Below, piece by piece: positions 1-9,278 of a stretch of DNA of 40,091 nucleotides. Position numbers and translations under genes: made by a program. Every line of letters begins with the position of its first letter. Positions within the stretch are counted from its first letter, which is position 1. The stretch spans positions 1 through 40,091 of IMG/VR virus record IMGVR_UViG_3300033076_000932; one strand, 5' to 3'. Source of the stretch: a virus (lineage: Duplodnaviria; Caudoviricetes). Under the pieces are notes generated by a model. That model did no database searches and was not told the DNA's origin. It worked only from the letters and a program-made list of their open reading frames with translations.

Positions 1-719
1 GCTTCTGATGGCGATTCCTTTGGATTCTGGGCGATTTCTTGAAGGGCTTGGATGTAGGAGAGGGTGGACTCGCCAAGGTCTGATAGGATGATGGCTGCAC
101 GCTCTGGTGAGTACTTGCCTACCTTGTCCAGCTCACGGGTGGCGAAGCGTCTAAACTCAAAGATGACCCCGTAGTATGGGAACTCTTGTTGGTGTGGCTC
201 TGGCCGCTCTGTGGCATTCTCCTGCCGGATAAGCCTGCGCAGGGCGGTGACGCTCATGCCGCCCCCCTCCTGTGCTTTCTTGAGGAAAGATATGGCACGG
301 GGTAGTTGGTCTTTTTTTCCATCATCTACCCCCCACATGGCTTCTCTGTAGTGCTCATAGGTAAGGGGGGTGGTGGTGCTTTTTTCGTCACCCTGTGCAG
401 CAGATACCCCCTCTCCTTTGTAAAAAAGGTACACACCAAGCAGCTCCCGCTTCTCTTTTGGATCTAGGTGATGGGCGGCAGTGTACTCACTGAGCCACTT
501 CTCATCAAAGAGCCCATCCTTGCGCTTGCGGGCGAGCATGGCGGCAAAGAGTGAGCCGAGAGCCCACTTGATATATCCTCGAGCGGCGAACAGGCGATGC
601 CCGGTCTCAATCAGGTCTTCATCTGTGGCGGTGGGTGAGAACACCAGCCCATGATCGGTGAAGCGTACCGATGGCTGGAGGTGGATGGTCTGAGAGATGA
701 GCGTGAGCTGGGTGGTCAT
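1..719 (-). CDS. Hypothetical DNA-binding protein, LmbU-like; runs off the left edge
   Basis: Not in the ORF track; translated by hand from ATG 719 (ATGA overlap with the upstream stop): MTTQLTLISQ...GHRLFAARGYIKWALGSLF...TYEHYREAM...MSVTALRRLIRQ; open to position 1. Confidence 0.6.
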   Translation of the reverse strand, partial: MTTQLTLISQTIHLQPSVRFTDHGLVFSPTATDEDLIETGHRLFAARGYIKWALGSLFAAMLARKRKDGLFDEKWLSEYTAAHHLDPKEKRELLGVYLFYKGEGVSAAQGDEKSTTTPLTYEHYREAMWGVDDGKKDQLPRAISFLKKAQEGGGMSVTALRRLIRQENATERPEPHQQEFPYYGVIFEFRRFATRELDKVGKYSPERAAIILSDLGESTLSYIQALQEIAQNPKESPSE

Positions 720-1216
720 TGTGGTATCTCCCTGCGTTGGTAGTTGCGGCGGTTCATCAGGCGGTGGGAAAGGCGTGCTTTCTCATTGGAGTCTGGGCGG
801 GGCAGGTTCAGCCGTTCTGCGTAGTTGGCGAGGTGGCGGGAGATGGCTTGCTTGCTCACCCCTTCCTTGCGGGCAAGCTCACGCAGGATGAGCCGGTGCC
901 CTGTGGCCAGTTCCAGCCCCACCAGCTTGCCTACAAGGTGGGCAGCAAGGCGTGGGCGGTCTGACTCTATGACAATGCAGGCAAATGCCCGCAAAGCCTC
1001 AAGGATGGCAGCTTTTGAGGTGTTCTGTGATGATGGGGCCAGCCCAGCATCCTCTGCAGCCTCCTTGATGGCTGAATCTGGGAAGCATTCCTTGAGTTCT
1101 GCAAAGGTGCGGCGCAGTTCCTCGCGCACCTTGTCTGCCGCCTCATCTATGTAGGGGGTGTGATCGGCAAAGTCCAATGCCGTGCCATGATGCTGGCTCT
1201 CGGTGTTGGGTGGCAT
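716..1216 (-). CDS. HTH DNA-binding protein (sigma region-4-like HTH); candidate late regulator
   Basis: LILRELARKEGVSKQAISRHL helix-turn-helix pattern. Confidence 0.65.
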   Translation of the reverse strand: MPPNTESQHHGTALDFADHTPYIDEAADKVREELRRTFAELKECFPDSAIKEAAEDAGLAPSSQNTSKAAILEALRAFACIVIESDRPRLAAHLVGKLVGLELATGHRLILRELARKEGVSKQAISRHLANYAERLNLPRPDSNEKARLSHRLMNRRNYQRREIPQ

Positions 1217-1221
1217 GGTCG

Positions 1222-1251
1222 AGCATGAGGCACAGGCACCCGCTGTGTCAA
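1222..1251 (-). promoter_or_regulatory. Putative sigma70-type promoter for the HTH gene
   Basis: TTGACA (1251-1246), 18-nt spacer, CATGCT (1227-1222), 5 nt before ATG 1216. Confidence 0.4.
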
Positions 1252-1266
1252 TTTGGGCTCCTGCTA

Positions 1267-1560
1267 CTAGGTGGGCTGCTGTACTGCCGTCACCCTGCCG
1301 TTCTTGAACTCAATATAGCCAGCCTCACCGCCCGACGTGAGCTTGGCCAACTGTGCCCTGCCGGTGTAGCCACCGGGGATGAGCAGTTGTGCATTGGCTG
1401 CGCTGTAGCCAAATGCGTTGCCGCCCACGCCACCAGTGTCTGGGATGATGCCAATGGTGGAGGCGGTGAGCAGGTTGAGACGGTGAACAGCCTCCCGTGC
1501 CCAGTCTGGCACCATTGGCGAGTTGGGCGGAATGGTGATGGGTGAGAGAGGGGAAGCCAT
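1267..1560 (-). CDS. Small tail-tip-associated protein (hypothetical)
   Basis: Coupled to the upstream tail gene; C-terminal GYIEFKNGRVT beta motif seen in phage tail proteins. Confidence 0.55.
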   Translation of the reverse strand: MASPLSPITIPPNSPMVPDWAREAVHRLNLLTASTIGIIPDTGGVGGNAFGYSAANAQLLIPGGYTGRAQLAKLTSGGEAGYIEFKNGRVTAVQQPT

Positions 1561-3083
1561 TAGGTGATGCCGTCTAGGCGTGCCTGCAGGTACTCAGTCA
1601 TCAGGAGCGGCCCATTGATGATCTTGAGTTCTGTAGCCTGCACGTTGAACCAGGTGGAGGCGGAAGCCCACGCTGCAAGGTAGTTCTCCAGCGTGTATGG
1701 TCCCTGCCGGGGAATGTCGGTTTGGGCAGAGATGCCGGGAGAGACGCCAACCACGTAATAGTTGCGGATGTACTGCGCCACCAGGTTGATGGTCTGGCCA
1801 AGGTCTGTGGCATTACGGGTGCGCCTGCGCAGGTAGTCCGTGGTGGTGATGAATCCGTTGGCGTAGGAAGTGATCAGGGACTCATCAAGCGTGGTATTGT
1901 CCCCGGTGATATCGTTCCCGCTCACTGCGGTCACCACAAACTTGATTTGCCGCACAGACGGCAATGCTCGCTTGTAGATCACCACGTCACCAATGGAGCA
2001 GCCGTGCCCCGGTGCGGTGAGGGTGTTGCTGGCTGCATACGCCCCGTCATAGCCTGTGATTGCAACCTCTGCCCCGTAGTAGCCGACAAGCGGGCCAAAC
2101 TTTGTAGAGAGGTTCTGGTTGTAGTCGCGGAGCATCCACACTCCGTAGTCGCCAACCAGCTCCCAGACGTTGAGGGAGAGGAAATTGATGCCGCTGATCC
2201 ACTCGCAGGTTGGGAAGTTTGGGGTGTTGAACAGATACCCGGCTGGCACCGTTTGGGTTTTGGGGATGCGTGAATAGAGGCGGTTCCACTTGGCAACGCC
2301 CAGCATCAGCTCTGATTCACTGGGATCGCTCTCCTCAACCAAGAAGCTGATTGGGTCATCTGCATCCACTGGCGGTGAGCTGATGGTGCGGGTGGCTGCA
2401 GTGGTGGCGATAGCGGGCCAAGCTACGGATGGCGCAGAGGCGATTGCCGTGGCAAGGTAGCAATATACCCCGCTGCCTGCTGTGCCCGCATAGCTGAAGG
2501 TGGAGCCATCGCTGGTCAAATCCACATAGCAGGTTGAGTTGGCAATGGTGGCGGTGCCGGTGACGGTACACCAGAACCAGCCCTTGGCCAACCGCTTGAT
2601 GGTTCCCGTGCCGCTCATGACTGAGCCTGCCGAGAGGTTGAACACCGCAATGGCAAGGTTGCCGTCTGTACCATTATTGATGCGGAGGCGGGCGTAGCTG
2701 CGCTCTGCCGCTTTGAGGATGACACCGAAGGAAAGTGCACCTGAACCAACAACCAACGCTTGGGAGGCGTTGTGGGCTGCGTTGGTGGCGTCTTCAACCA
2801 GCTTGGTTGCCGTGGAGGTGCCTTCTGGATCGGTAGAGGCGGCGGTCGCGGTTGCTGCTGCCTTTGTCCAGTCCGCTTGGGAAAAGTCGCTGCCCTGCTT
2901 GAGCAGGTTGGTGTAGCTGGTGCGGGTCTCAAGGATGGGATCAAAGTTGGGGGAGAGGCAGGAGTACTGGCGGCGGGTCTGGTTGCTGTAGAAGTCACCA
3001 GCATCCTGCCACGGGAACATCAGTTTTTTGGCCCCATCTTGCACGGGGCTGGTCCAGGTTCCGTCTGAGTATGCGCTGCTCAT
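1560..3083 (-). CDS. Distal tail / tail-tip protein with an inserted beta-sandwich (spike/carbohydrate-binding-like) domain
   Basis: Directly downstream of the tape measure; TNLLKQGSDFSQADW...GWFWC segment typical of phage fibre/spike domains. Confidence 0.65.
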   Translation of the reverse strand: MSSAYSDGTWTSPVQDGAKKLMFPWQDAGDFYSNQTRRQYSCLSPNFDPILETRTSYTNLLKQGSDFSQADWTKAAATATAASTDPEGTSTATKLVEDATNAAHNASQALVVGSGALSFGVILKAAERSYARLRINNGTDGNLAIAVFNLSAGSVMSGTGTIKRLAKGWFWCTVTGTATIANSTCYVDLTSDGSTFSYAGTAGSGVYCYLATAIASAPSVAWPAIATTAATRTISSPPVDADDPISFLVEESDPSESELMLGVAKWNRLYSRIPKTQTVPAGYLFNTPNFPTCEWISGINFLSLNVWELVGDYGVWMLRDYNQNLSTKFGPLVGYYGAEVAITGYDGAYAASNTLTAPGHGCSIGDVVIYKRALPSVRQIKFVVTAVSGNDITGDNTTLDESLITSYANGFITTTDYLRRRTRNATDLGQTINLVAQYIRNYYVVGVSPGISAQTDIPRQGPYTLENYLAAWASASTWFNVQATELKIINGPLLMTEYLQARLDGIT

Positions 3084-3098
3084 GCTATGTGGTGTGAA

Positions 3099-4898
3099 TC
3101 AACGGCCAAAAAAGTTCTGCAGCATCATGCGGATCTGCTCCATGTCTTTCTGCATCGCTAGGTTCTTGGTGTCGTTGCCAAGGGCCAACTGGATGAACCG
3201 TTCAAAGGAGCGGGGATCTCCAGTGTATTGGGAGAATGCAGCCTCTGCCCCTTGGGTCTGGAGGGTGCGCACCGACTCCTGCCGCCGCTGCAGTTCCTTG
3301 GATATGTTGTCAATGGTGGCACCGAGCACCGCAATCTCTGACTGGAATGCCATCTGCGTGCCGCCAAGGGGATCGCGGGGTGCGCCAGCCAACTGGAACT
3401 CAAGATCGGTTTTCTCTGCCTTCTTGCGCCGCAGCATCTCCTCCAGCACCCGGTTGGATTCGTTGCCCCACTGGGAGCTGGTGCCGATTCCGCTCATGGT
3501 GCGGGAGACTTTGGTGATGGAGCGCAGCCACTCCTCTGATTTGTCAATGGCTGGCTGAATCGCTGCGGGCACCTTCTGCAGTTCCACAATCTGCTGCTTG
3601 ATGGCATCCAGTTGCTTGAACTTGAGCGTGAGCTGCTCTTTTTCTGCGGGCGTGATCTTCCCGGTCATCTGCTTCTCCACCAGATCGTCTATCTCAACCT
3701 GCAGCTTCTTCTCCTTGGTCATCAGCTCAAGCACCTTGAGGCGCACCCTCTCTGCCTCTGTGAGTTCGTTCACATTCTTGCTCTTGAGCTTCACCAGTTC
3801 CACCTCCAGCTCATGGGAAAGGCGCACCCGGTCACGCAACTTGGCTTGCTCCTTGTCATACTCAAGGATGAGCGCATTGGCCTTTGCCACGTTCTCAAGC
3901 TGCTCCTTGCTGTTCTCTGAGTACTGCCCCGCCTCCTTGATGTAGAGCGAAGCCATGCGCAGGAGTGCGTTGAGCTTTCCCTGCTTATCCCCCTTCATCT
4001 CCAACCGCTCAACCTCCCGCTTAAACTCACCCTCATTGAAGCTGGCAAAGTCCTTGGCGGTGCCAGCGGTGCCCTTCATGGTGTCCTCCAGCTTCACCAC
4101 GGCACCCTCGAGCTTCTGCACAGAATCTACTGTGGGCACCACTGCGGTATCAATGCCCTCAAAGCTGTTGACCACCCAAGCGGCTGCGGCACCTAGCCCC
4201 TCGGTGATGTTCATGCCAAGCTCAAGCGCAGCAGAGCCCCATGTGATCATCTTGCCTTTGACCTGCGTGATGCGGTCACCAAGCGAGTCCAACCGCTTGA
4301 TCGTCTCATCCTCAATGACGTTGCCAGCAGAGCGTGCCGCCGCCTCCATTGCGCCAAATCCGTTGGTGCCCAGCTCCTGCAGCAGCCCCATCATCTTGGC
4401 GGACCGTGCGCCCACAATATCAATGACTGCGGCATAGGCTCCCGCCTTGTCCTGGTTCTTCACATAGGCGGCGGAAATCTTCTCCAGCGCAGCCTCCAGC
4501 GGGATGCCAACGAGATCTTTTTGGGTGAGCCCTAGCTTGGCAAAAGATTTTGCGGTCTGCTCATTGCCTGCCGCCAGCTCATCCACCTTGTTGCGGGTGT
4601 TTGATAGCAGCTTGGCCACATCCTGCACTTCTATGCCAGCCAGCGCAGCCTGTGATTGGAATGCCTGCAGGGCGGTGGTGGAGACGCCCAGCGCATCCGA
4701 CATATCATTGATCCGCCCAGCATTGTCCAAGACGTTCTTGAAAAAGCCAATGACGGCAGCGGTGCCAATGCCGATGCCGATTTTGTTCATGGCAGACTGG
4801 AAGGAGCCAACCACAGTCTCTGCCCTTGAGACTGCGTTCTCCAGTCCCTTGGTGTCCCCGCCGAAGTAGGCAATGATAGATGAGCCGAAGTCTGCCAT
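3099..4898 (-). CDS. Tail tape measure protein
   Basis: ~600 aa, Ala/Gly-rich helical N-half (INDMSDALGVSTTALQAF), coiled-coil C-half, follows the tail chaperone; start set at MADFGSS. Confidence 0.85.
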   Translation of the reverse strand: MADFGSSIIAYFGGDTKGLENAVSRAETVVGSFQSAMNKIGIGIGTAAVIGFFKNVLDNAGRINDMSDALGVSTTALQAFQSQAALAGIEVQDVAKLLSNTRNKVDELAAGNEQTAKSFAKLGLTQKDLVGIPLEAALEKISAAYVKNQDKAGAYAAVIDIVGARSAKMMGLLQELGTNGFGAMEAAARSAGNVIEDETIKRLDSLGDRITQVKGKMITWGSAALELGMNITEGLGAAAAWVVNSFEGIDTAVVPTVDSVQKLEGAVVKLEDTMKGTAGTAKDFASFNEGEFKREVERLEMKGDKQGKLNALLRMASLYIKEAGQYSENSKEQLENVAKANALILEYDKEQAKLRDRVRLSHELEVELVKLKSKNVNELTEAERVRLKVLELMTKEKKLQVEIDDLVEKQMTGKITPAEKEQLTLKFKQLDAIKQQIVELQKVPAAIQPAIDKSEEWLRSITKVSRTMSGIGTSSQWGNESNRVLEEMLRRKKAEKTDLEFQLAGAPRDPLGGTQMAFQSEIAVLGATIDNISKELQRRQESVRTLQTQGAEAAFSQYTGDPRSFERFIQLALGNDTKNLAMQKDMEQIRMMLQNFFGR

Positions 4899-4912
4899 GA
4901 GATTGGGTTGGT

Positions 4913-5506
4913 TCAGTTCTGCTGTGTTGCCATGCGCCGCTTGAGCCATTCACCCACCAGCTTGTCGCTGCGGTTGAACTGCACCGCCTTGGGGTTGAGA
5001 CGTGCCTCAATGGCTCGGCAGTACTGGAAGACGCGGCGCAGGGGCATTTCTAGGATCGCCTCATCGCTCCACCCATATTGGCTGGCCAGCAGATCAACGA
5101 GGGAGGCAATGGGTGCGAAATAGGATTTGCCGCCACCGCCACCACCAGACGCGGGCCAGTCCTGCAGCACCGCCTCCAAGTACTCACGGATCTCATCGGT
5201 GGCTTGGTTGAAGTCCAGCTTGTGCAGCGCACGCTTTAGCCACGCATCTCTGGCGGCGGTTCCAGGCGCATACTCTGGCGATAGGAACCACAGAAACATG
5301 GCAACATCCTCCCTGCGGGCAAGCCCACCCACTACGAAGCGGTTGCCGCAGCCTACCAGCAGGGTGTGGTGGCGGGCGTTGAGGTGGCGGATCTGAATGC
5401 CGCAAATGGGCAGCGGGAAGGGCAGGAATGCCAGCTCCCGGTTGGATGCCTCCCGGTTTACCGCCTCACGGTAGCCGGGGATCTCGTCATAGTGTAGCAG
5501 GCTCAT
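4913..5506 (-). CDS. Tail assembly chaperone-like protein
   Basis: Between tail tube and TMP; C-terminal YGWSDEAILEMPL motif typical of chaperone C-domains. Confidence 0.7.
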   Translation of the reverse strand: MSLLHYDEIPGYREAVNREASNRELAFLPFPLPICGIQIRHLNARHHTLLVGCGNRFVVGGLARREDVAMFLWFLSPEYAPGTAARDAWLKRALHKLDFNQATDEIREYLEAVLQDWPASGGGGGGKSYFAPIASLVDLLASQYGWSDEAILEMPLRRVFQYCRAIEARLNPKAVQFNRSDKLVGEWLKRRMATQQN

Positions 5507-5539
5507 TTTGGGTGGAGCCCGCCACCGCCTAAACCGCTA

Positions 5540-5899
5540 TCAGTTGTAGCGGCGGCGGAAGTTCACATTGCACTTCTTGGCGTCAAGCTGGGTGTAGGTC
5601 TCACCAACCTCAGTGATGACCACCCCAACTGTGGCAGCAGTGGCACCGCCATTGCGGGTGAGCGTGAAGGTGGCACCCACGGCAGGCACTACGGTGAGGG
5701 TGGTGGCAAACTGCAGCACACCGGAACCGTTGGCGAAGCCAGCAACAACCACTTGGCCAGACGGGTCACCATCTTCATCGCGCCGCTCAATGATCGTGGA
5801 TGGCTCGGTGAAATTAATGTTCTCTGCAACGTATGCCGTTGCGCCAATCGTCACAACCTGACTGCCAAAGGGAACGCTGCCGTCGTTGTATGCCGCCAT
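5540..5899 (-). CDS. Putative major tail tube protein (small)
   Basis: 119 aa, beta-rich and T/G/V-rich; canonical position. Confidence 0.6.
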   Translation of the reverse strand: MAAYNDGSVPFGSQVVTIGATAYVAENINFTEPSTIIERRDEDGDPSGQVVVAGFANGSGVLQFATTLTVVPAVGATFTLTRNGGATAATVGVVITEVGETYTQLDAKKCNVNFRRRYN

Positions 5900-5921
5900 A
5901 GTGCTTTTGCACTGGCGTCAA
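5897..5921 (-). promoter_or_regulatory. TTGACG-N16-ATG motif variant (tail tube)
   Basis: TTGACG ccagtgcaaaagcact ATG. Confidence 0.5.
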
Positions 5922-5930
5922 GTTGGGCGA

Positions 5931-6425
5931 TCAGGTGGCGGCAGCTACTGCGGCAGGATTCAAGAAAACAACCAGCTCAAGCACCGTGGAAAGCGTTTCG
6001 GTTTTCTCTGCGTTGTCGATTGTGCGGGAGCCATCAATCTGGCGCAGGGTGTCACCGACAACCATGAGGTAGTTGCGGGTGGCAAAGGCAGCTTTAAGCC
6101 CAGTCCAGTTGCTCAAGGCTGCGCGGATGGTCCCACGCTTGGTGCCTGGAGATTGGCTTTGCTCTGGCTGGTACACCAGATCCAGCCGCACCCGCAGGGC
6201 AAACTGGTCATAGATGGCGGTGCCAGCGTAGGTGCCGGTAGCGGGGGTGTGCTGATGCGGCCCCCAGCGCACCACCTCAGTCTGCACCTCCACCCGTGGG
6301 GTGGTCAGGGCGGCGGCGGTGTCGGTGGTGATTGCCCCAAGGCTGTACGGGGTGGCGGCAAGGAAGGTTTTGAGCGAAAGCTCAACCTCAGTCTCCACGT
6401 CTAGGATCGTCGCCAGCGTCGCCAT
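5931..6425 (-). CDS. Putative tail terminator / tail completion protein
   Basis: Position and size; start set at MATLAT by the upstream TTGACG-N13 motif. Confidence 0.55.
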   Translation of the reverse strand: MATLATILDVETEVELSLKTFLAATPYSLGAITTDTAAALTTPRVEVQTEVVRWGPHQHTPATGTYAGTAIYDQFALRVRLDLVYQPEQSQSPGTKRGTIRAALSNWTGLKAAFATRNYLMVVGDTLRQIDGSRTIDNAEKTETLSTVLELVVFLNPAAVAAAT

Positions 6426-6444
6426 GCTTGGCGGCAAGCGTCAA
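6423..6444 (-). promoter_or_regulatory. TTGACG-N13-ATG late-gene motif (tail terminator)
   Basis: TTGACG cttgccgccaagc ATG. Confidence 0.65.
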
Positions 6445-7064
6445 GATACCAGCAGGCCGGGGTATTTCTTGGCCACAGAAGCCATGCTATCAAACACCCC
6501 ACGCTTCACGTTGGCGCGGAAGAAGCCAATGCGGCCAGCTAGAGCCGAAAAGAAAGCCTGTTTGCCCTCTGCCCAGCGCAGGATTGGGGAGTGGTTCTCA
6601 ATGATTAGCCCATACTCCCCCTGCCTGCTGATGCGCTCCACGTTAACGTTCTCGGCATTCACATGCTTGGGTGTCTTGGCTTCCTTCACGAAACCGGGCA
6701 CTTGAATATCAAAGCCCATGCGAAGCCCCAGCGCATAAAATGACTGCTTGGCCAAGCCCCGTGCCGCCAGCTTGCGCTTCAGGGATGCCTTCATCTTGGC
6801 GTTGATGGATGACCAAACCCCATTGGGGTAGCGGTTGGCCAGCTTGTACTTCTTGCCATCCATTGTTGTCCACTCCTTGTCACCCATGCTGCGCCTGATT
6901 GAACTGGCGGTGGCGGTGTCTGTTTTCTGCACCGCTTTCTCAAGAATCTTGGCAACCTCGTAGTCAATAATCTGCTGCATGGTGGCGGCATTACCAACCC
7001 GCAGGCGCATCTCACGCATGGCTGCGTTAAAGTCGCCTATTTTGACCTGCAGCTTGGCATCCAC
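6441..7064 (-). CDS. Putative neck / tail completion protein (HK97 gp10-like position)
   Basis: Basic 207-aa protein between head closure and terminator genes. Confidence 0.5.
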   Translation of the reverse strand: MDAKLQVKIGDFNAAMREMRLRVGNAATMQQIIDYEVAKILEKAVQKTDTATASSIRRSMGDKEWTTMDGKKYKLANRYPNGVWSSINAKMKASLKRKLAARGLAKQSFYALGLRMGFDIQVPGFVKEAKTPKHVNAENVNVERISRQGEYGLIIENHSPILRWAEGKQAFFSALAGRIGFFRANVKRGVFDSMASVAKKYPGLLVS

Positions 7065-7067
7065 GGC

Positions 7068-7406
7068 TCAAGCCCGGTTGTCATCCTTGAGCACCACCTC
7101 ATATGACACCAAATCTGGGGCCAGAGAGATGCTGACAATCTCGTAGGAAGTCCAAGCGGATGCAGATGGGTACTTGAGCGAGATGAAGCCCTGCGGCTTG
7201 AAAGAGGCGGTGACGGTGAAGGCAGCGGTGGAGAACACCACCCGCACCGCTCTGGTGTCGAGGTTGCCGCACAGCAGCAGGGTCTCCTCACTGGTCAACT
7301 CAGTAGCGGCACAAGTGAACTCAGTGCTGCCAAATTTGGCGGTGATGGGTAGATCCGCAATCATCCCAGCCAAGTCAGTCGCCAGCACTGTGGTATCAAT
7401 CGCCAT
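7068..7406 (-). CDS. Putative head-tail joining / head closure protein
   Basis: 112 aa, beta-rich, first gene of the neck/tail block. Confidence 0.55.
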   Translation of the reverse strand: MAIDTTVLATDLAGMIADLPITAKFGSTEFTCAATELTSEETLLLCGNLDTRAVRVVFSTAAFTVTASFKPQGFISLKYPSASAWTSYEIVSISLAPDLVSYEVVLKDDNRA

Positions 7407-7425
7407 GCCCCGCTTGGGGCGTCAA
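7404..7425 (-). promoter_or_regulatory. TTGACG-N13-ATG late-gene motif (head closure)
   Basis: TTGACG ccccaagcggggc ATG. Confidence 0.65.
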
Positions 7426-7429
7426 AGGC

Positions 7430-8107
7430 TCATGCCTGCTCCAGCCCAGCGTATGCCAGCGGCACCCTTGAGCCCACAGCTATCCTGCGCGGGGTGCCGG
7501 AAGCAAATGGGTCATGCCAATCCATCTGCACCTTGGGCATGTAGGCATATCCAAAGGTCTTCTTGAGCCCAGCAATCATGGTCTGCCGGGTGGGTCTGCC
7601 AGAGCGGCGAGAGATGGAGGTGCTGGGGTTGTCGTAGTCGTAACGCTCAACCCAGTCTGTGTCTCCTGCGCTCTCAAGGTAGTCAAAGACCACCACTGGG
7701 GCGATGCGTGCCAGACCACGCAGCACCTGGAACTCGGTGAGCGAATCATTAAGGTGGTAATATACGCCCCACAGATACACCAGATCCGCTGTGAAGTTGA
7801 ACTCTGGCCGCTCAAGGCAATCCTCTAGGTTGCCCAAGATGAAGGTGAGGCGCGGATCACCGGCAAACCTCCGCTTGATGATCTCAAGGTTTGCCTCACG
7901 CCCATCATTCACGATGACGCGAGCGGCCCCTTGATTCAGCAACCACTCAGTCTGGTCACCAATGCCAGCTCCGCACTCAAAGATGGTTTGCCCAGCGATG
8001 GGGATGCCGGTGCGCAGGAGCAGATCCCAGCGCAGATTGTTTAGGTGCGTGTAGCGATCAGAGTGAAAGCAATCCCACACTGCCTGCTCGGTGCTGTTCA
8101 GTTCCAT
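7430..8107 (-). CDS. Class I SAM-dependent methyltransferase
   Basis: Motif I IFECGAGIG, acidic motif II (VNDGR), DLVYLWGVYYHL; start set at MELNSTEQ. Confidence 0.85.
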   Translation of the reverse strand: MELNSTEQAVWDCFHSDRYTHLNNLRWDLLLRTGIPIAGQTIFECGAGIGDQTEWLLNQGAARVIVNDGREANLEIIKRRFAGDPRLTFILGNLEDCLERPEFNFTADLVYLWGVYYHLNDSLTEFQVLRGLARIAPVVVFDYLESAGDTDWVERYDYDNPSTSISRRSGRPTRQTMIAGLKKTFGYAYMPKVQMDWHDPFASGTPRRIAVGSRVPLAYAGLEQA

Positions 8108-8757
8108 GTTGGTCTGTTGATGAATGCCGCCACCGCTTCCTGCTTGAACGTCACCGAGCCTGGAGGCAGGCCAGCCCCGCCATGTGGGAAGGTGGGGGCG
8201 TAGGTGTAGCGCATGACATGGGCGGAAGGCCAAGGAAAGCGGGCGGATGTGCCCCAGCGGGTGGCGTGGTCTGTGTCCACTTGCCGATTGTTATCCTCCA
8301 CCACAAACATCAGCGGCAACCGCCTGCCTTCGGCAAACCTGATCGCCTCATAGGTGTGGCCGTTATCCTCTGCGCCGTCGCCAAGAAAGCACCACACAAA
8401 CGCATCCTCACCGCTCTCCTTGATGGCAAGGGCCACACCGGCAGCGATGGCGCAGGTTCCAGCCAAGATGCTGCTGGTGTAGAATCGCCGCTCACGGTCA
8501 AAGATGAACATGGAATCTCCCCGGCAGATTGCCTCCTCCACCTCTGCGGCTGGGATGCCCTTGAGCAGCGCATGGTAGTGGCTGCGGTGGCTGGAGAATA
8601 CCCAATCCTGCGGGCGGATCTCGGCAAACAGGTCAAGAAGCTGCTGCTCGTTGCCGCCGCTGAGATGCACAAGGAATGGCAGCTCCCCTGCGGCAAAGCG
8701 TTCTTTGATGCGCTGCTCAAACGCGATGAGGCTGGCGGCGGTGTGGTTGTGATTCAT
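8098..8757 (-). CDS. ThDP-dependent enzyme, E1-alpha-like subunit (short)
   Basis: HLSGGNE, SSHRSHYHAL, ThDP motif GDGAEDNG...VVEDNN. Confidence 0.9.
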   Translation of the reverse strand: MNHNHTAASLIAFEQRIKERFAAGELPFLVHLSGGNEQQLLDLFAEIRPQDWVFSSHRSHYHALLKGIPAAEVEEAICRGDSMFIFDRERRFYTSSILAGTCAIAAGVALAIKESGEDAFVWCFLGDGAEDNGHTYEAIRFAEGRRLPLMFVVEDNNRQVDTDHATRWGTSARFPWPSAHVMRYTYAPTFPHGGAGLPPGSVTFKQEAVAAFINRPTWN

Positions 8758-9278
8758 AGCAGATCCTTGAACTCAACAATGAGGGATGAGGTGCCGCGCA
8801 GTTGGGCATCCCGTGCCGCTCTATACACTCCAACCACTGATGCTGGTGCCAGTATCTGCAGCACCGGGAACGTCACCAACCGCTGGAAGGCTCGAGTGAA
8901 GTCTTGGGTGTGGGTGTGCCCGGTGAACAGTGGCTTGGTGCGGTTGCCGACTACTGCCCGCAGGATCACCGCTGGCTTGTACTGCCCGCGAGATATTTTC
9001 TCGGCGGCGGCCAGATGGTTCACAATGCAATCAGCGGCGTTGAGGATGAAATCAAACCGCTCAAAGTACACCAGCGGCAGGAGCCCAGCCAGCGATTGGC
9101 CAACCGCCACACCTGTCATCAGGTTTTCAGCCACGGGTGTCTCTGTGATCTGCTGTGGCGTGGCTGCAGCCAGCGTGCCACCGGCTCTGCCGTGGGTGAG
9201 ACCATAGCCCACAAAGCGTGAGCGTGGATCTGCAGCCAACTCAGTCATGGCGGCGGTGAGTTCTTTTTTGTAGCTCAT
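8754..9278 (-). CDS. ThDP-dependent enzyme, E1-beta/transketolase pyrimidine-binding domain only
   Basis: ETPVAENLMTGVAVGQSLAG...RFDF...HTHTQD; 174 aa, lacking the usual C-terminal domain. Confidence 0.85.
   Translation of the reverse strand: MSYKKELTAAMTELAADPRSRFVGYGLTHGRAGGTLAAATPQQITETPVAENLMTGVAVGQSLAGLLPLVYFERFDFILNAADCIVNHLAAAEKISRGQYKPAVILRAVVGNRTKPLFTGHTHTQDFTRAFQRLVTFPVLQILAPASVVGVYRAARDAQLRGTSSLIVEFKDLL

Noticed and set aside
4913-5540. Lambda G/GT-type tail chaperone frameshift
   Set aside because: A single ORF already spans tube to TMP, and I saw no convincing slippery heptamer
5563-5586. Extra TTGACG motif inside the tail tube gene
   Set aside because: Spacer is 12 nt and the ATG is followed immediately by TGA; not counted as a gene-start instance
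8098-9278. Pyruvate dehydrogenase as an auxiliary energy-metabolism gene
   Set aside because: Subunits are truncated, E2/E3 are absent and the context is glycosyltransferases
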